Shown: positions 8,642-18,133, counted from the first letter of the stretch. The stretch is DNA of 64,000 bases from a bacterium (GCA_965207065.1 OZ242260.1:1184001-1248000), one strand, 5' to 3'. Made by a program: numbers and translations. The notes: generated from the sequence alone by a model not told the origin.

Positions 8642-10411
8642 ATGAAAAACAGAAGAAACAGGAACCATGCCTTTTTGTCTCCGCCGGGCGTCTTCGCGGC
8701 GGCATTTCTGGTCCTCGCCCTCGCGGTAGCGGCCCTGCCGGGGGTGGCCTCCGCGCTGACGGCGTCGTTCCACGGGGCGCCGGAGGCGCACAACGGCAAG
8801 AAGCTGTTCGTCTTCGAGATACGCTTCAGCGAGGATTTCGACGGCCTGCGGCTGGGGGCGCTCAAGCGGGCGCTCCAGGTGACGGGCGGGCGGTTGGTGG
8901 ACGTGAAGCGCACGGTGCGGGGGGAGAACGGCGGTGTGACGGTCAGGGTGCGGCCCTCCTCGTCCGGGGACCTGACGATCACGCTGGCCGACGGCATCGC
9001 CGGGGGCGGCTCGCTGACGGTTGCGGGGCCTGCCACGGCCTCCCTGCCGGATCCCCCCGCGCCGCCGGTTTCAGAGCCGGACCCGCAGCCGGTATCGGCG
9101 CCAACGCCGCTGACGGCATCGTTCCACGGGTTGCCGGAGAAGCACGACGGCAAGCTGCTGAGCTTCGAGATACGGTTCAGCGAGGATTTCGACGGCCTGA
9201 AGCTGGGGGCGCTCAAGCAGGCGCTCCAGGTGACGGGCGGCCGGGTGGTCGACGTGAAGCGCACGGTGCGGGGGGAGAACGGCAGCGTGACGGTGCGGGT
9301 GCGCCCGGCCTCGCTCGATCCCCTCGGGATAAGCCTGCCGGCGACGGCGGACTGCGCGGCGGCCGGCGCGATCTGCACGAAGGCGGGCGGGAAGCTCACC
9401 GGCTCCGCCAGTGCGAACATCATCTCGACGAACTGGGGGCAGGCGGCCTGGTGGGCGAGGGCCTTAGCCGAGCAACGGCGCGCGATCCGTGACGGCGACT
9501 TCGTGCCCCCTCCGGCGCCGGACCAGGCATCCACCCGATCGATTTCGACCACCCTACCACCAAGCTTGATAGGCCTTGTAGGATACACTTGGGGCAGCGT
9601 GGTCAACATGAACAGCTTCGGCGTCTGGGGAACCGACCAAATCGGTGACGACCCTGGCCAGACTCCCAACACGGCGCCGAATTTCCAGATTCGAGCGCTC
9701 GAGAAATACGGACACTCTCAGCTAACGACTACGTTACATCGGTTCGTCGATGGGATTTTTCCGTCCTACCATTTTTACGCCTATGCCTACCCTTCGGGGA
9801 CTGACACCAGCAAGACAAGAGTAATTCTGGACATTACCAAGCTGGGCGACGGCTCGCATAATTCCCAATCTGGTGCCAATTCCAGTGGAGGAAAAAGCGA
9901 CCTGCAGGCGTTTAAGGATGGCGGCGGCCTCTGGAAGGAGTTCTTCGAGGCCAACGCATACCTGCAGGAAAAGGGAACCCTGGCCCAGCCGACCGTGACG
10001 GCCACGTTCACGGGCAAGGTTATCGCAGTCAACTCCTGTGTGAGTTGCCTCCTGACGCGGGGAGACCTGATCGGCGGCGATGCGAGCGTGACCGCCACGC
10101 TAAGTGGGGGCGCGGTGACGGCGGCCGTGTCGCTCACCAATCTCAAATCCACCACGTGGATGGACGGGTCAACTACGGGGCAGACGGCGCCCACCCCCGC
10201 CACGTACCCGAGCCAGTCATGGACCAACTTGGGGGTCACGGGCGGCAGCTTCTCATTTGACACCTGGAACGGCACTTACCAGCGCAAGATCGAGGGCAGT
10301 TTCCGCAAGCAGGACAACGACAACGACAACACCACGGACATCGTGGACACGGTCGGCGCGGTGTTCGATATAAAGGGGGCATTCACGGGCGGGTTCGTCG
10401 CCACCAAGTAA
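8642..10411 (+). CDS. Secreted protein: signal peptide, two Ig-like repeats, C-terminal TbpB-like beta-barrel (putative Slam/T11SS cargo)
   Basis: Signal ends VASA; repeats LTASFHG...FEIRFSEDFDG...VTVRVRP x2; C-terminus ATFTGKVIAV...KIEGSF...FTGGFVATK; directly upstream of the Slam-like gene. Confidence 0.7.
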   Translation: MKNRRNRNHAFLSPPGVFAAAFLVLALAVAALPGVASALTASFHGAPEAHNGKKLFVFEIRFSEDFDGLRLGALKRALQVTGGRLVDVKRTVRGENGGVTVRVRPSSSGDLTITLADGIAGGGSLTVAGPATASLPDPPAPPVSEPDPQPVSAPTPLTASFHGLPEKHDGKLLSFEIRFSEDFDGLKLGALKQALQVTGGRVVDVKRTVRGENGSVTVRVRPASLDPLGISLPATADCAAAGAICTKAGGKLTGSASANIISTNWGQAAWWARALAEQRRAIRDGDFVPPPAPDQASTRSISTTLPPSLIGLVGYTWGSVVNMNSFGVWGTDQIGDDPGQTPNTAPNFQIRALEKYGHSQLTTTLHRFVDGIFPSYHFYAYAYPSGTDTSKTRVILDITKLGDGSHNSQSGANSSGGKSDLQAFKDGGGLWKEFFEANAYLQEKGTLAQPTVTATFTGKVIAVNSCVSCLLTRGDLIGGDASVTATLSGGAVTAAVSLTNLKSTTWMDGSTTGQTAPTPATYPSQSWTNLGVTGGSFSFDTWNGTYQRKIEGSFRKQDNDNDNTTDIVDTVGAVFDIKGAFTGGFVATK

Positions 10412-10492
10412 GGGAAGCGTTTCACTTGTCAAACCCGACCGGAGAGAGCGATTGCGCCGCCGGAACAGGCGAACGAAACCGCCCCGCCAATT

Positions 10493-10535
10493 GTAGGGAC
10501 AGGTCGCGACCTCGGACAGGCGCGGGGGCCTGTCC
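10493..10535. repeat. GTAG-type REP-like palindrome
   Basis: GTAGGGACAGGTCGCGACCTCGGACAGG...CCTGTCC; near-identical reverse-complement copy at 23892-23938. Confidence 0.8.
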
Positions 10536-10617
10536 GCTGCGGTGAACGATTCGATGATCGGAATACCCTCCTCCCTTGAGGGTTTTTCAACAACCCCCTC
10601 GGGGAGGGAGTGGTCTG

Positions 10618-12090
10618 ATGGCGCGTATGACGTCGGGAAACCCGTTCCGGTGCTCTGGTGACTTATTGAGCGCCCCCGCCCTGCCGCGCCGCCAGGCGTG
10701 GTCCGCCGCGTTCGCGGCGGCGCTCGCCGTCGCGCTGTTGTGCGCCGGGCCGGGGAGCGGCGCGCAGGCGGCGGAGTCTCCCCCGGAAAAATCCCCGAAA
10801 GAAACGCAAGCCTACCCCGCCGTCCAGGCGGCCCTGGCGCAGGCCGAGCGCCTGATAGCGGCGGGAGAGCCCGTCGCGGCCTTCGCGGTGCTCATGGGGG
10901 CCATGGAGGCGCTGCCCGAGGGCGCGGACGACGCGGACCTGCGCTTCGCGATCGCCCAGGCCCTGCTGACGGGCGGACGCCACGCCCAGGCCGAGCGGGT
11001 GCTGGCGCGGCTCGCCGAGGAGCGGCCGGACAACCTGCGGGTCCGGCTCGACCGCGCGCTGGCGCTGTTCGCGCTGAGGCGGGACGACGAGGCGGGGGCG
11101 CTGTTCCGCGAAGCGCGCCGCGCGCCGGAACTCCCCGACGACGCGCGGCGCAAGGTGGAAGTGTTCCTCTCCCGCATCCTCGCCCGCCAGCGCCTGCGGG
11201 TCGACCTCGACCTGGGACTCTGGCGCGACGGCAACGTGAACAACGCCCCCGAGGTCGATACGGTCCGGTTCCCCGCCTTCGGCAACCTGGAGTTCCGGCT
11301 GAACGAGCGGCCGGTCGCCGCCTGGGTGGCGCGCACGGGCGCGCGCGTGGGCTGGCGGGAGGCGCTGACGGCGGACGGGCGCGTGCAGTTCGAGGCGCGC
11401 GCGGCTGCGGCGCGCAACACGGCGGTCGGCGCGAGCGAGTACGACCGGACCTGGCTCAGCCTCTCGGCCGGGCCGCGGGTCGGCTACGCGGCGCCGCTCG
11501 GCGGCCGTCCCCGGCCCGGGCGGGTCGGCGCGGACGTCGGGGTGGAGCGGCGCATGCAGGGGGGAAGCGGCGAGTCGACGACCTGGTGGGGCGGCGTCCG
11601 GGTGGACCAGGTGCTGGACGCGGACTGGCGCGTGGGCGTCTCGCCCCGCCTCTGGGTCACGCGCTACGACGACCGGGCCGATGAGGCCGACCCCACGGGG
11701 TGGTCCCTGGAGCTCTCCGTCTCGCGCCGAATGGGACCCGGTTGGCTGACGGCGCGCGGGACGATCTCGCGCGCGAGCGCGGACCTGCGCAGCCAGAGCT
11801 GGCGGTCTCAGGGGCTGGGCCTCGAATACGCGGCGGATATCGGGGAGGACTGGAGCGGGTCGGTCCGTCTCGGGATGAGCGGCCTCCGGTTCGACGAGGA
11901 GGATGCGACGTTCCTCGTCCGGCGCGAGGACGAGACGCTGAGCGCCGGCCTGACGCTCTCCCACCGCAAGCTCTCCTGGGAGGGTTACCAGCCGGTGCTG
12001 ATGCTCGACTGGTCGCGGACCGATTCGACCATCCCGCTCAACGACCGGAAGCTGCTCCAGTTCCGGGTCGGGCTGCGCCGGCTGTTCTGA
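10618..12090 (+). CDS. Slam-like (DUF560) TPR + outer-membrane beta-barrel, type XI secretion translocator
   Basis: Signal peptide, TPR helices (ERPDNLRVRLDRALALF), DGNVNNAP barrel start, C-terminal SHRKLSWEGYQPVL...TDSTIPL...RRLF. Confidence 0.8.
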   Translation: MARMTSGNPFRCSGDLLSAPALPRRQAWSAAFAAALAVALLCAGPGSGAQAAESPPEKSPKETQAYPAVQAALAQAERLIAAGEPVAAFAVLMGAMEALPEGADDADLRFAIAQALLTGGRHAQAERVLARLAEERPDNLRVRLDRALALFALRRDDEAGALFREARRAPELPDDARRKVEVFLSRILARQRLRVDLDLGLWRDGNVNNAPEVDTVRFPAFGNLEFRLNERPVAAWVARTGARVGWREALTADGRVQFEARAAAARNTAVGASEYDRTWLSLSAGPRVGYAAPLGGRPRPGRVGADVGVERRMQGGSGESTTWWGGVRVDQVLDADWRVGVSPRLWVTRYDDRADEADPTGWSLELSVSRRMGPGWLTARGTISRASADLRSQSWRSQGLGLEYAADIGEDWSGSVRLGMSGLRFDEEDATFLVRREDETLSAGLTLSHRKLSWEGYQPVLMLDWSRTDSTIPLNDRKLLQFRVGLRRLF

Positions 12091-12809
12091 TGGGCCTGAC
12101 CGCGTTCGGCGACGATACCGCCTTGCCCCTGGACGAGCGGATGCGCCGGAGCATCGCGCTCTGGCGCGAGCGCCGCGGGATGAGCGCGCGGCGCTTCGGG
12201 GTGGGCGCGCTGGGCATTCCCGGCTTCGTGGGCCTGCAGGCGCGGGGGCGGCCCCTGCGGGTCGACACGGCGGACCGGGTGCTCGCGTTCATGGAGTACC
12301 CGCCCCTGGGACCGCTCCTCCGGGCCGAGATCGAGGTGTTCATCGAAGTGAGCGGGACGAAGGTCACGATACTGGGCGAGGAGGCGGTGAGGAACCCCGC
12401 CTTCGTGGGGAACCTGCGCCGGGGCGTCTCGCCCTACCTTCGGACCTTCGACCGGGTGCGCGCCTGGATGGCGGCCAACGCGATGGAAGGGGAGATCCCC
12501 GCGGTTCGCGAGAGGCTCGCGGACCTCGACGACCCCTTCGACGGGACGTGGGACGCCGGGGGAGACCCACCCGCAGCCCTGGAAGAACCGCCCGCCGCGC
12601 GGGGTCTCGACACGCGGGAGGCGGCCGCCTGGCTGGGACTCTCGCCCAAGACGATCGCTCGCTACCGCCTGAGCGGCGAGGGGCCGGAGTTCCGCCGCGT
12701 CGGCGCCCGGGTGCGCTACCTGCTCGAAGACCTCGAAGCGTGGGCCTCGGAAAGGCGGTGGACTTCCATCTCCGTGGAGAGAGCCGCCAAGAGGAGGAAG
12801 GGGCGGTAG
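12090..12809 (+). CDS. DNA-binding protein: two Cro-like HTH repeats plus C-terminal excisionase/AlpA-type HTH (239 aa)
   Basis: ATG overlaps the Slam stop (TGATG); GMSARRFG...PGFV..RGR and GTK...PAFVGNLRRG repeats; LDTREAAAWLGLSPKTIARYR..GEGPEF..VG.RVRY. Confidence 0.75.
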   Translation: MGLTAFGDDTALPLDERMRRSIALWRERRGMSARRFGVGALGIPGFVGLQARGRPLRVDTADRVLAFMEYPPLGPLLRAEIEVFIEVSGTKVTILGEEAVRNPAFVGNLRRGVSPYLRTFDRVRAWMAANAMEGEIPAVRERLADLDDPFDGTWDAGGDPPAALEEPPAARGLDTREAAAWLGLSPKTIARYRLSGEGPEFRRVGARVRYLLEDLEAWASERRWTSISVERAAKRRKGR

Positions 12810-12820
12810 GGGGGTCGCTA

Positions 12821-12944
12821 CCGTATCGACCTCGGCGGCGTTGTTCACGTTGACGTCGCGCCGGAGTCCCAGGTCCAGATCGACCCGGAGGCGCTGCCGG
12901 GCGAGGATGCGGCCGAGGAAGCCCTCCACCTTGCGGCGCGCGTC
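12821..12944 (-). pseudogene. 124-bp remnant of a Slam paralogue, inverted relative to 11140-11263
   Basis: Manual alignment gives 13 mismatches in 124 bp, six of them synonymous third-position changes. Confidence 0.85.
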
Positions 12945-12994
12945 GGCGTGGAACTCCCTGGCCGCCGGGAAAGAGGCGTCCCCCGGCAGGAGAA

Positions 12995-13378
12995 TTACCC
13001 GCCCGGCTCCAGGTCGCCGCTCACCGCGGCGTCAATCACGTGGCGGAGCGTCCGGCACACGAAGTACTTGCCGCCGGCTCTGATCACACGCTCCCGGAAC
13101 CGCTGCTGACGCGTGGAAAGGTCGTTCTTCCCCGCCTTGAGGTCGATGGCGACATACTCCCCCCCGGCCCGGCAGAGGACGATGTCCGGCGCGCCGTACT
13201 GCCGCGTCACCGAAAGCGTGGACGTGTCCAGGACGACGATGCTGATCTTCTTCTCGAGCCGTTTCAAAACCATCATCGCCGCCGCCTGGAAGAAGGCTTC
13301 GTTCGTGTGTTTCGAATCCAGGGTCGGAATGATGCCGGACACCACCCGGCGGACCTTTTCATCCGGATACCGCTCCAT
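12995..13378 (-). CDS. VRR-NUC-like PD-(D/E)xK nuclease
   Basis: GAPDIV...VAIDLKAGKNDLSTRQQRF...AGGKYFVCR. Confidence 0.75.
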   Translation of the reverse strand: MERYPDEKVRRVVSGIIPTLDSKHTNEAFFQAAAMMVLKRLEKKISIVVLDTSTLSVTRQYGAPDIVLCRAGGEYVAIDLKAGKNDLSTRQQRFRERVIRAGGKYFVCRTLRHVIDAAVSGDLEPGG

Positions 13379-13790
13379 CACCCCTCTCTCGACGGAACGC
13401 CGCCGCCCGCCCGGTGAAGTCCGCACCCCGTGGAAGATTTTGACAGTGTGACGATACTACCAGCGATTGCGCCGGAGGGGGATAAAGATTCCGTAAAACT
13501 TCCCGGGGGCAGCGGAGCCGTGCCCGTCACGGCCCAGGTGAGTGATTAAGCGGTTGGTAACCGTTCCGGCAGGACGTGGGGTGGTAGGGCTGCACTCCGA
13601 TCAGGGGTATCCGACGACGCCGTTGGGCGTGAGCACGGCAGCGGTTGCCGTGCGAATCCACGAGGTTTAGTTGTGTTCGGTGTGGAAACGAACTAGGTCT
13701 CACATGGCAGGCTTGGTCCGACAGTTCGTTTCCCAAGTCTGACCCTTGGTACTATATTCCAATGGTCTGTCTTAAGCGGAGGGTCGTGAA

Positions 13791-14510
13791 CTGGATACGG
13801 AAGTCATCAATATTGTCCTCACCTTCCTCATTGTAGTCGGTGTCGGTGCGCAGGCGTGGTTCGTATATGTCCAAGCGCAGTCATTGAAGCGGGCCGAGAA
13901 GGTCGCGGAAGATGCCCGTGCGTCGGCCAGAGAGCAGGAAAAACTCGCTAGAGAGAGGGAGAAGCCCACACTGAGGTTCGATATTTTCTCTCACAACACT
14001 GGTACCTTAACGGCCGACGAGCCGCCCCGCCATATTCAGGGGCCGATAGATGTTGGTTTTACCGTAACCAATGTTGGGTACGTCGATGTCATGGTCACTA
14101 AGATTGTCCTGGACCGCGGAGTACCGAGCGACGGCATGGACGACGGAGACCCAACTGAGATTGTCCCAACTCCTGTGGCGGAGACATCTGGTAGTGACAA
14201 GAAACCCCTGACCACGATGAACCTGCCTCACCGACTGCGGCGGGGCGAGTCGTTCAAAGTCCTGTATCCAGACCGCACCTTGCGCGAATGGAATGAGCTA
14301 GGCAACCAAAAGATCCCGTCTCGTTTGCGTCCGTACTGCATGGATTCTTTAGGCAATAAGCTCTCAGGTGAGTATTGGGTGTCTTGGTCTACTTCGACTC
14401 CATCCACCACGATTCATTCGGAACCTGATTCGGGCCGCGTAAGCTTGGAAGAGTGGGTTCGTGAACACGGGGAAGAACGGCGTCCTCATTGGCGTATGGT
14501 GTACTGGTAG
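13791..14510 (+). CDS. Membrane-anchored hypothetical protein, lower GC; probable CTG start
   Basis: Frame is open upstream of the tracked TTG and encodes a TM helix (INIVLTFLIVVGVGAQAWFVYV); GGAGG lies 8 nt before the CTG at 13791. Confidence 0.55.
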   Translation: MDTEVINIVLTFLIVVGVGAQAWFVYVQAQSLKRAEKVAEDARASAREQEKLAREREKPTLRFDIFSHNTGTLTADEPPRHIQGPIDVGFTVTNVGYVDVMVTKIVLDRGVPSDGMDDGDPTEIVPTPVAETSGSDKKPLTTMNLPHRLRRGESFKVLYPDRTLREWNELGNQKIPSRLRPYCMDSLGNKLSGEYWVSWSTSTPSTTIHSEPDSGRVSLEEWVREHGEERRPHWRMVYW

Positions 14511-15371
14511 CCGAAATTTCATGAGCGCGCCAAAAGGTAGTCGGTCTTGACCTTCTCCACGGCCTGACGGAACGCTTACAGCGGTTGCCCCGACACAAAC
14601 CCCAGGGGATGCGCCGGAATTGTAACGAACCCGCTTTCGGTTTGATTACGGATGGCGGAAGGCGAATTCCATTGGGAATAAATATTGCCTTTAATATCAA
14701 TAGGATAAATGGATTTTACCGTTGCTGGAAACGGCTTGAAAAATCTAATTTATCGAAAAACCTCGTGAATTTATCTTATTTTTCGGGAATTCCGAGGTTG
14801 GGGAGAACGAATTCGGGAGGCGCGATCGCCCCCCGGTGAGCCGAAGATTTTCCTGGACACCGCCAGCGCCGTATCGCACATTCCATTTTCTCCCCTCCTC
14901 CGGCCGATGGGAACGGCAGTCCCTCATTCATCAATCGGGAACGATTTCCCGCGCGGGATTCTCGCCCATCCCGACGCAAACCCGATACCGCAAATGCGGG
15001 AAAATGCGCGGCCCGTCCCTGCCGTGCAGGAAGGCCGGAGGATCCCGCCGGACATATTGCGTATATTATTATATACACATACTAAATCACCTGTTATTTA
15101 CTAATTATATATTAAAGTATATTGATTCCTTCGCGCCGCCTGTCGTAATCTAATCGTATATTCAATTTTGTTTGCGTCCATGTCACGCCCGATTTTGATC
15201 GGGAAACAAAACAAAGCATCTCGTCCACGCCTCGATGAGGCCGGGTGTCGGCGCGAGCGAACCTCCCCATCGCGCGCCCCCCCGGCGCAGACGGACCAAG
15301 ACACGAGGTCAATCCCGACCGAAGAGGGAGGGATTGCATGAGAGAAAAATCTACACACCGGAGGACCTGCG

Positions 15372-17972
15372 ATGAATTTTCCAAGACGAATCCTGTTGGC
15401 GGTATGTATTCTGGCCCTGGCCGGCGTATTGGCCGCCGCGCCCGCCGCCTTCGCGCAGGAGTGCCCGCGCGGACCCGGCGTCCCGGAATTGCCGACCCCG
15501 AGCGTGACGGCCGCCGAAGTGGTTGCGGACCCCTCCAAACTGAAGGACTTCGCCCTGGCGGCGTTAAGCGCCACGACGGCTCCCTCAAGGAGCATCGATG
15601 AGGCGTCGTACATCGCATGCCTGTTCAGGCTCAGAGGGGGGCCTTTCTTTTCCGGCTCCACCTATACCGTCACCCTGACGCTCGACGGCAGGGTGTGGAT
15701 CAACACGAACGACATGTCGACGGGAGGCCGACCGCTCAACCCCGCGATTTATGTAGCGATCCTCCACGGGCTGGGAATCGATGTCACCAGCCAGGACGCC
15801 ATAAAAGCCGGTCTGGGGAGCGTGGCCGCAACGGGAACCTTCCCGAACCCGGAAGGCGGCGCATTCAATGCAGTTCCATTCGGCTTTCCGGGCGCATCCG
15901 GCTACGCCGTCGGATACATCGCCCCCCTTACCCGAGCCCCATCCATCCTGCTGGTCGGCTTCGATATCCAGGAATCTCACCTCGCGCAGGAAGCCATCGA
16001 CTCCGGTACGCCATCGATTACGGCCGCTGATGTCACCAACCGCGCAACCTTGAAGCAATTCGTCGATGAAGCGGCGGATTTCGTGAAGACCCTCTCCGCC
16101 AGTGGAGACATCTCCGCCGCTTCGAAAATAAGGGTCGCCTTCCGGGACCCGAACGGCCCCTGGAGGCATGGACCCACCTATCTCTTCATCATGCAGCGCA
16201 CCGGCTACACGCTCTTTCACGGCGCGTTCCCGGACAGGTTCGAACTTCAGATCCCCACGAATACCTTGAGGGACGAGCGCACCGGAGAGCTCATTCTGCC
16301 GCAAATCATCCAGACGGCGACGGCGGCGGGAGAGGGCGGCGATTACGTGGAGTATTATTTCGACAATCCCGACGACCCCACCGACGACTTCAACACTCTC
16401 AAGGTGAGCTATGTGCGCGAGTACGCAGCGCGAGTCCCATTGCCGGATGGAACCTTTTACGAGGATAGGCTCATCATCGGCGCGGGCATTTACGGGGACG
16501 AGGGCGCGGTGTCGGAGGAGAGTTTGGCGGCGACAAGTGGCTGGCTGGCGCGCTTCGGCCGCGCGGTGGGAAGCCAGGCGGTGGACATGATATCGAGCCG
16601 CCTGAACGCGCCCGCTCCGGGCGGAGCGAAGATGACCCTCGGCGGCCAGACCGTGAAGCTCGATGCGGATCCGGACAGCTACCTGACGGAACAAGGCGCG
16701 GATTTCGGGTTCGCCTCCCTCGCGCATCAAGGAATCGACCCCCGCAGCATCGCGCGGGCAAGAACTGCGAATCGGCTTACAAATGGGGAGGAGGATTCCA
16801 CAGACTCCTACCGCGAGATGACGATGAGCCAGCTTCTCTCGGGCGCTACGTTCCATCTCTCCTCGACCAAAGAAGCCGCGGAGGCGGCGGGCAGCCAGTG
16901 GTCGATATGGGGCCGCGGCGCGAGTAGTTCGTTCGAGGGCGGCGGCGACGCCGCTATCGAGGGCGACGTGACGACGGCCATGCTGGGCGTGGACTACGAG
17001 AAGGGCAAGCTGCTTGCGGGCGTGGCGCTATCGCGTTCGAGCGGCGACGGCGGCTTCGAGAACGGGGACCGCAGCGAGCTGGAAGCGACCCTCACGAGCG
17101 TGCATCCCTACTTCCGCTACGCGGCGAGCGAGCGGCTCTCGTTGTGGGGAATCCTGGGCATGGGCCAGGGCGATATGACGCTCGACGAGCGTGATCAGAA
17201 GCACGAGACCGACATCGATATGCGCATGGGCGCGTTCGGGATTCGCGGCGCGCTCACGAAAATGGGCGGATTCGACCTGGCGGTCAAATCCGACGTCCTC
17301 CTCACGCAGATGGACTCGGACGCGAAGGACGGGCTCGAGGCCATCTCGGCGGAGTCGAGCCGTCTCAGGGTGATGCTCGAGGCCTCGCGCGAAGTCGCCA
17401 TGGAGGGCGGCGGTACGTTCCGGCCCTCAGTCGAAGCGGGCCTGCGCCACGACGGAGGCGACGTGGACGAGGGGCTGGGCGTCGAAGTCGGCGGCAGCAT
17501 TCGCTTCACGAATCCGGGTATGGGACTGACGTTCGAGGTGAATGCGCGGGGTCTCATCACCCACGAGGAAGAAGACGTTAGCGACTGGGGCGTGGGCGGC
17601 ATGATCCGCATCGCCCGGGGCAAGTCGGGCCGGGGCCTCGCGTTCACCGTCCAGCCCGCCGTGGGCGAGACCGCAGGCGGCGCGGCGCGCCTGTGGGGCA
17701 TCAAGGACGCCTCGCGTCTGGCGCGAGAGGAAATCGAGGACCTCGACCCCCGCGTCCGCGCGGAGGTGGGCTACGGCCTGGACGCCTGGGGCGGCCTGCT
17801 GACGCCTTACACAAGCCTCTCGGTGTCCGAGGGTGGAAACGGCGCCTACCGCGTGGGCGGACGCTTCCGGATGGGCGAGCGCCTGAGCATGAGTCTCGAG
17901 GGCGACGTGCGCGAGCGCGTGAACGCCGACCCGGTTCACGGCGTGGCCCTTCGCGGTTCGCTGCGCTGGTAG
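15372..17972 (+). CDS. Autotransporter-like outer-membrane protein with Cache-like passenger domains
   Basis: Signal peptide; sCache_2-like motifs (FRDPNGPWRHGPTYLFI, GGDYVEYYFDNP, KVSYV, IIGAGIY); WLARFGRAVGSQ linker helix; barrel ending LRGSLRW. Confidence 0.8.
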   Translation: MNFPRRILLAVCILALAGVLAAAPAAFAQECPRGPGVPELPTPSVTAAEVVADPSKLKDFALAALSATTAPSRSIDEASYIACLFRLRGGPFFSGSTYTVTLTLDGRVWINTNDMSTGGRPLNPAIYVAILHGLGIDVTSQDAIKAGLGSVAATGTFPNPEGGAFNAVPFGFPGASGYAVGYIAPLTRAPSILLVGFDIQESHLAQEAIDSGTPSITAADVTNRATLKQFVDEAADFVKTLSASGDISAASKIRVAFRDPNGPWRHGPTYLFIMQRTGYTLFHGAFPDRFELQIPTNTLRDERTGELILPQIIQTATAAGEGGDYVEYYFDNPDDPTDDFNTLKVSYVREYAARVPLPDGTFYEDRLIIGAGIYGDEGAVSEESLAATSGWLARFGRAVGSQAVDMISSRLNAPAPGGAKMTLGGQTVKLDADPDSYLTEQGADFGFASLAHQGIDPRSIARARTANRLTNGEEDSTDSYREMTMSQLLSGATFHLSSTKEAAEAAGSQWSIWGRGASSSFEGGGDAAIEGDVTTAMLGVDYEKGKLLAGVALSRSSGDGGFENGDRSELEATLTSVHPYFRYAASERLSLWGILGMGQGDMTLDERDQKHETDIDMRMGAFGIRGALTKMGGFDLAVKSDVLLTQMDSDAKDGLEAISAESSRLRVMLEASREVAMEGGGTFRPSVEAGLRHDGGDVDEGLGVEVGGSIRFTNPGMGLTFEVNARGLITHEEEDVSDWGVGGMIRIARGKSGRGLAFTVQPAVGETAGGAARLWGIKDASRLAREEIEDLDPRVRAEVGYGLDAWGGLLTPYTSLSVSEGGNGAYRVGGRFRMGERLSMSLEGDVRERVNADPVHGVALRGSLRW

Positions 17973-18049
17973 AACAGAAGGGAAATTCCGCAGGGGCCGT
18001 TCTTGTGAGCGCCCCCTGTTCGAAACACGGACAGGAAACAAACAACACA

Positions 18050-18133
18050 TAGGGGGCGGTCCCGAGAAGGGGCCGCCCCTACGAACACCTCACGTATCGA
18101 AACGATCTTGTAGGGACAGGTCGCGACCTGTCC
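18050..18133. repeat. REP-like palindrome cluster between convergent genes
   Basis: AGGGGGCGGTCCC...GGGCCGCCCCTAC and GTAGGGACAGGTCGCGACCTGTCC. Confidence 0.75.

Noticed and set aside
8117-8791. ORFs 8117-8431(+) and 8123-8791(-) with PQTHRPTD / VCGSVGLW repeats
   Set aside because: They appear to be by-products of the stop-free DNA repeat; no convincing RBS or domain, and one overlaps the cargo gene antisense.
11700-12089. N-terminal extension of the 369-aa ORF 11700-12809
   Set aside because: It overlaps the Slam barrel in another frame; protein-like sequence begins at the coupled ATG at 12090.
11140-12944. Diversity-generating retroelement TR/VR pair
   Set aside because: Only 1 of 13 mismatches involves adenine, many are synonymous, and no reverse transcriptase is present.
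14510-15370. tRNA or att site marking the island boundary
   Set aside because: No tRNA fold, integrase or matching direct repeat found in the window; the boundary is left undefined.
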